DNA from: a virus
IMG/VR virus record: IMGVR_UViG_3300018080_000116
Span: 64,001 to 128,000 of that record
DNA length: 64,000 bases
Reading direction: 5' to 3' (one strand)
The notes under the pieces are model-generated. The model searched no databases and had not been told where the DNA came from. It worked only from the letters and a program-made list of their open reading frames with translations. Of the stretch, positions 63,494 to 64,000 are shown in pieces. How positions within the stretch are numbered: position 1 is the stretch's first letter; each line of letters starts with the position of its first letter. Both the position numbers and the translations under genes were made by a program.

Positions 63494-64000
63494 ATGCCAA
63501 CAGTTGGTGGTGTGAGAGCAGGTGGCGATGCAAAAGCCACATGTCTCATCGGATGTATCAAAGATTTCACGTGTAACGGACAAGTGCCGCTGGTTTTTCC
63601 AGTAAACGGAGACAATATAGCTCCTTGGGTGAAGGCAAGATTCGCCAAAGGCAGTCCAGGCGGCATTATGGAAGATGAAATTATCACCGTGGGCAATGAA
63701 TCGTGTTGGCTTGTAAACAAATTCGGCGAACCACACCACGCTGCCATAAAGAGCTTTGAGTATGGTACATTTGATGGCCATAAGGCTAAACTAGAGATCA
63801 TTGATGAAGAGGGTGGGGCCTTTTTCCTGTTTGTGGAAAAGATTCTTAAATGTCTGGACCGAACTAAAGCCCAATACTTCTTCCAGGTGCAATGGGGCTG
63901 GACAATTCAGAACTGCGACGGCAATTGGGATTTTGAGGCTTCGCCCATTGTCACCTTCGTCCCCATCAACCTGGAAGTCAGCTTCAGTGATGGCGTAGTA
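63494..64000 (+). CDS. probable baseplate hub protein (partial, runs off window)
   Basis: AGGAGG RBS, ATG63494; open to window end; VQWGW motif; position after gp53-like gene. Confidence 0.55.
   Translation, partial: MPTVGGVRAGGDAKATCLIGCIKDFTCNGQVPLVFPVNGDNIAPWVKARFAKGSPGGIMEDEIITVGNESCWLVNKFGEPHHAAIKSFEYGTFDGHKAKLEIIDEEGGAFFLFVEKILKCLDRTKAQYFFQVQWGWTIQNCDGNWDFEASPIVTFVPINLEVSFSDGVV

Overview
This window is part of a large tailed-phage genome, most likely a jumbo myovirus with T4-superfamily traits (gp2-, gp53-, gp48/54-like genes, a gp21-protease paralog, T4-type capsid-targeting N-termini, TA(A/G/T)ATA late-promoter boxes). CsrA, many twin-arginine signal peptides and moderately high GC suggest a Planctomycetota-like host; this is inference only. 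Layout: (1) 1-5300, A/C-rich rightward small genes. (2) 5300-6440, a non-coding region of perfect hairpins with C-GNA-G triloops. (3) 6440-20740, GC-rich early modules, each driven by a CGAACC-N17/18-TATAAG promoter, including ardC and a ~570-nt ORF-free structured RNA with two remodelled tRNA-like domains. (4) 20740-22640, a strand-switch region with a sulfotransferase, palindromes and five sites shaped like tyrosine-recombinase core sites. (5) 22990-47740, mostly leftward accessory and metabolic genes (MTase, PTP, CsrA, Gp88, GT2, MNT, ClpP, His-phosphatase, Hsp20, GT96-like, HAD, CCA enzyme). (6) 47800-64000, a rightward virion module with a 3833-aa tape measure and baseplate genes. Best candidates for undescribed biology: nine Tat-signal proteins, several of which look like degenerate paralogs of core phage proteins (DnaB helicase, prohead protease, tail tube); a CCA-adding enzyme plus HAD RNA-repair phosphatase carrying capsid-targeting-like N-termini; and the tRNA-mimic ncRNA. 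All family calls come from motif recognition by eye, without database searches.
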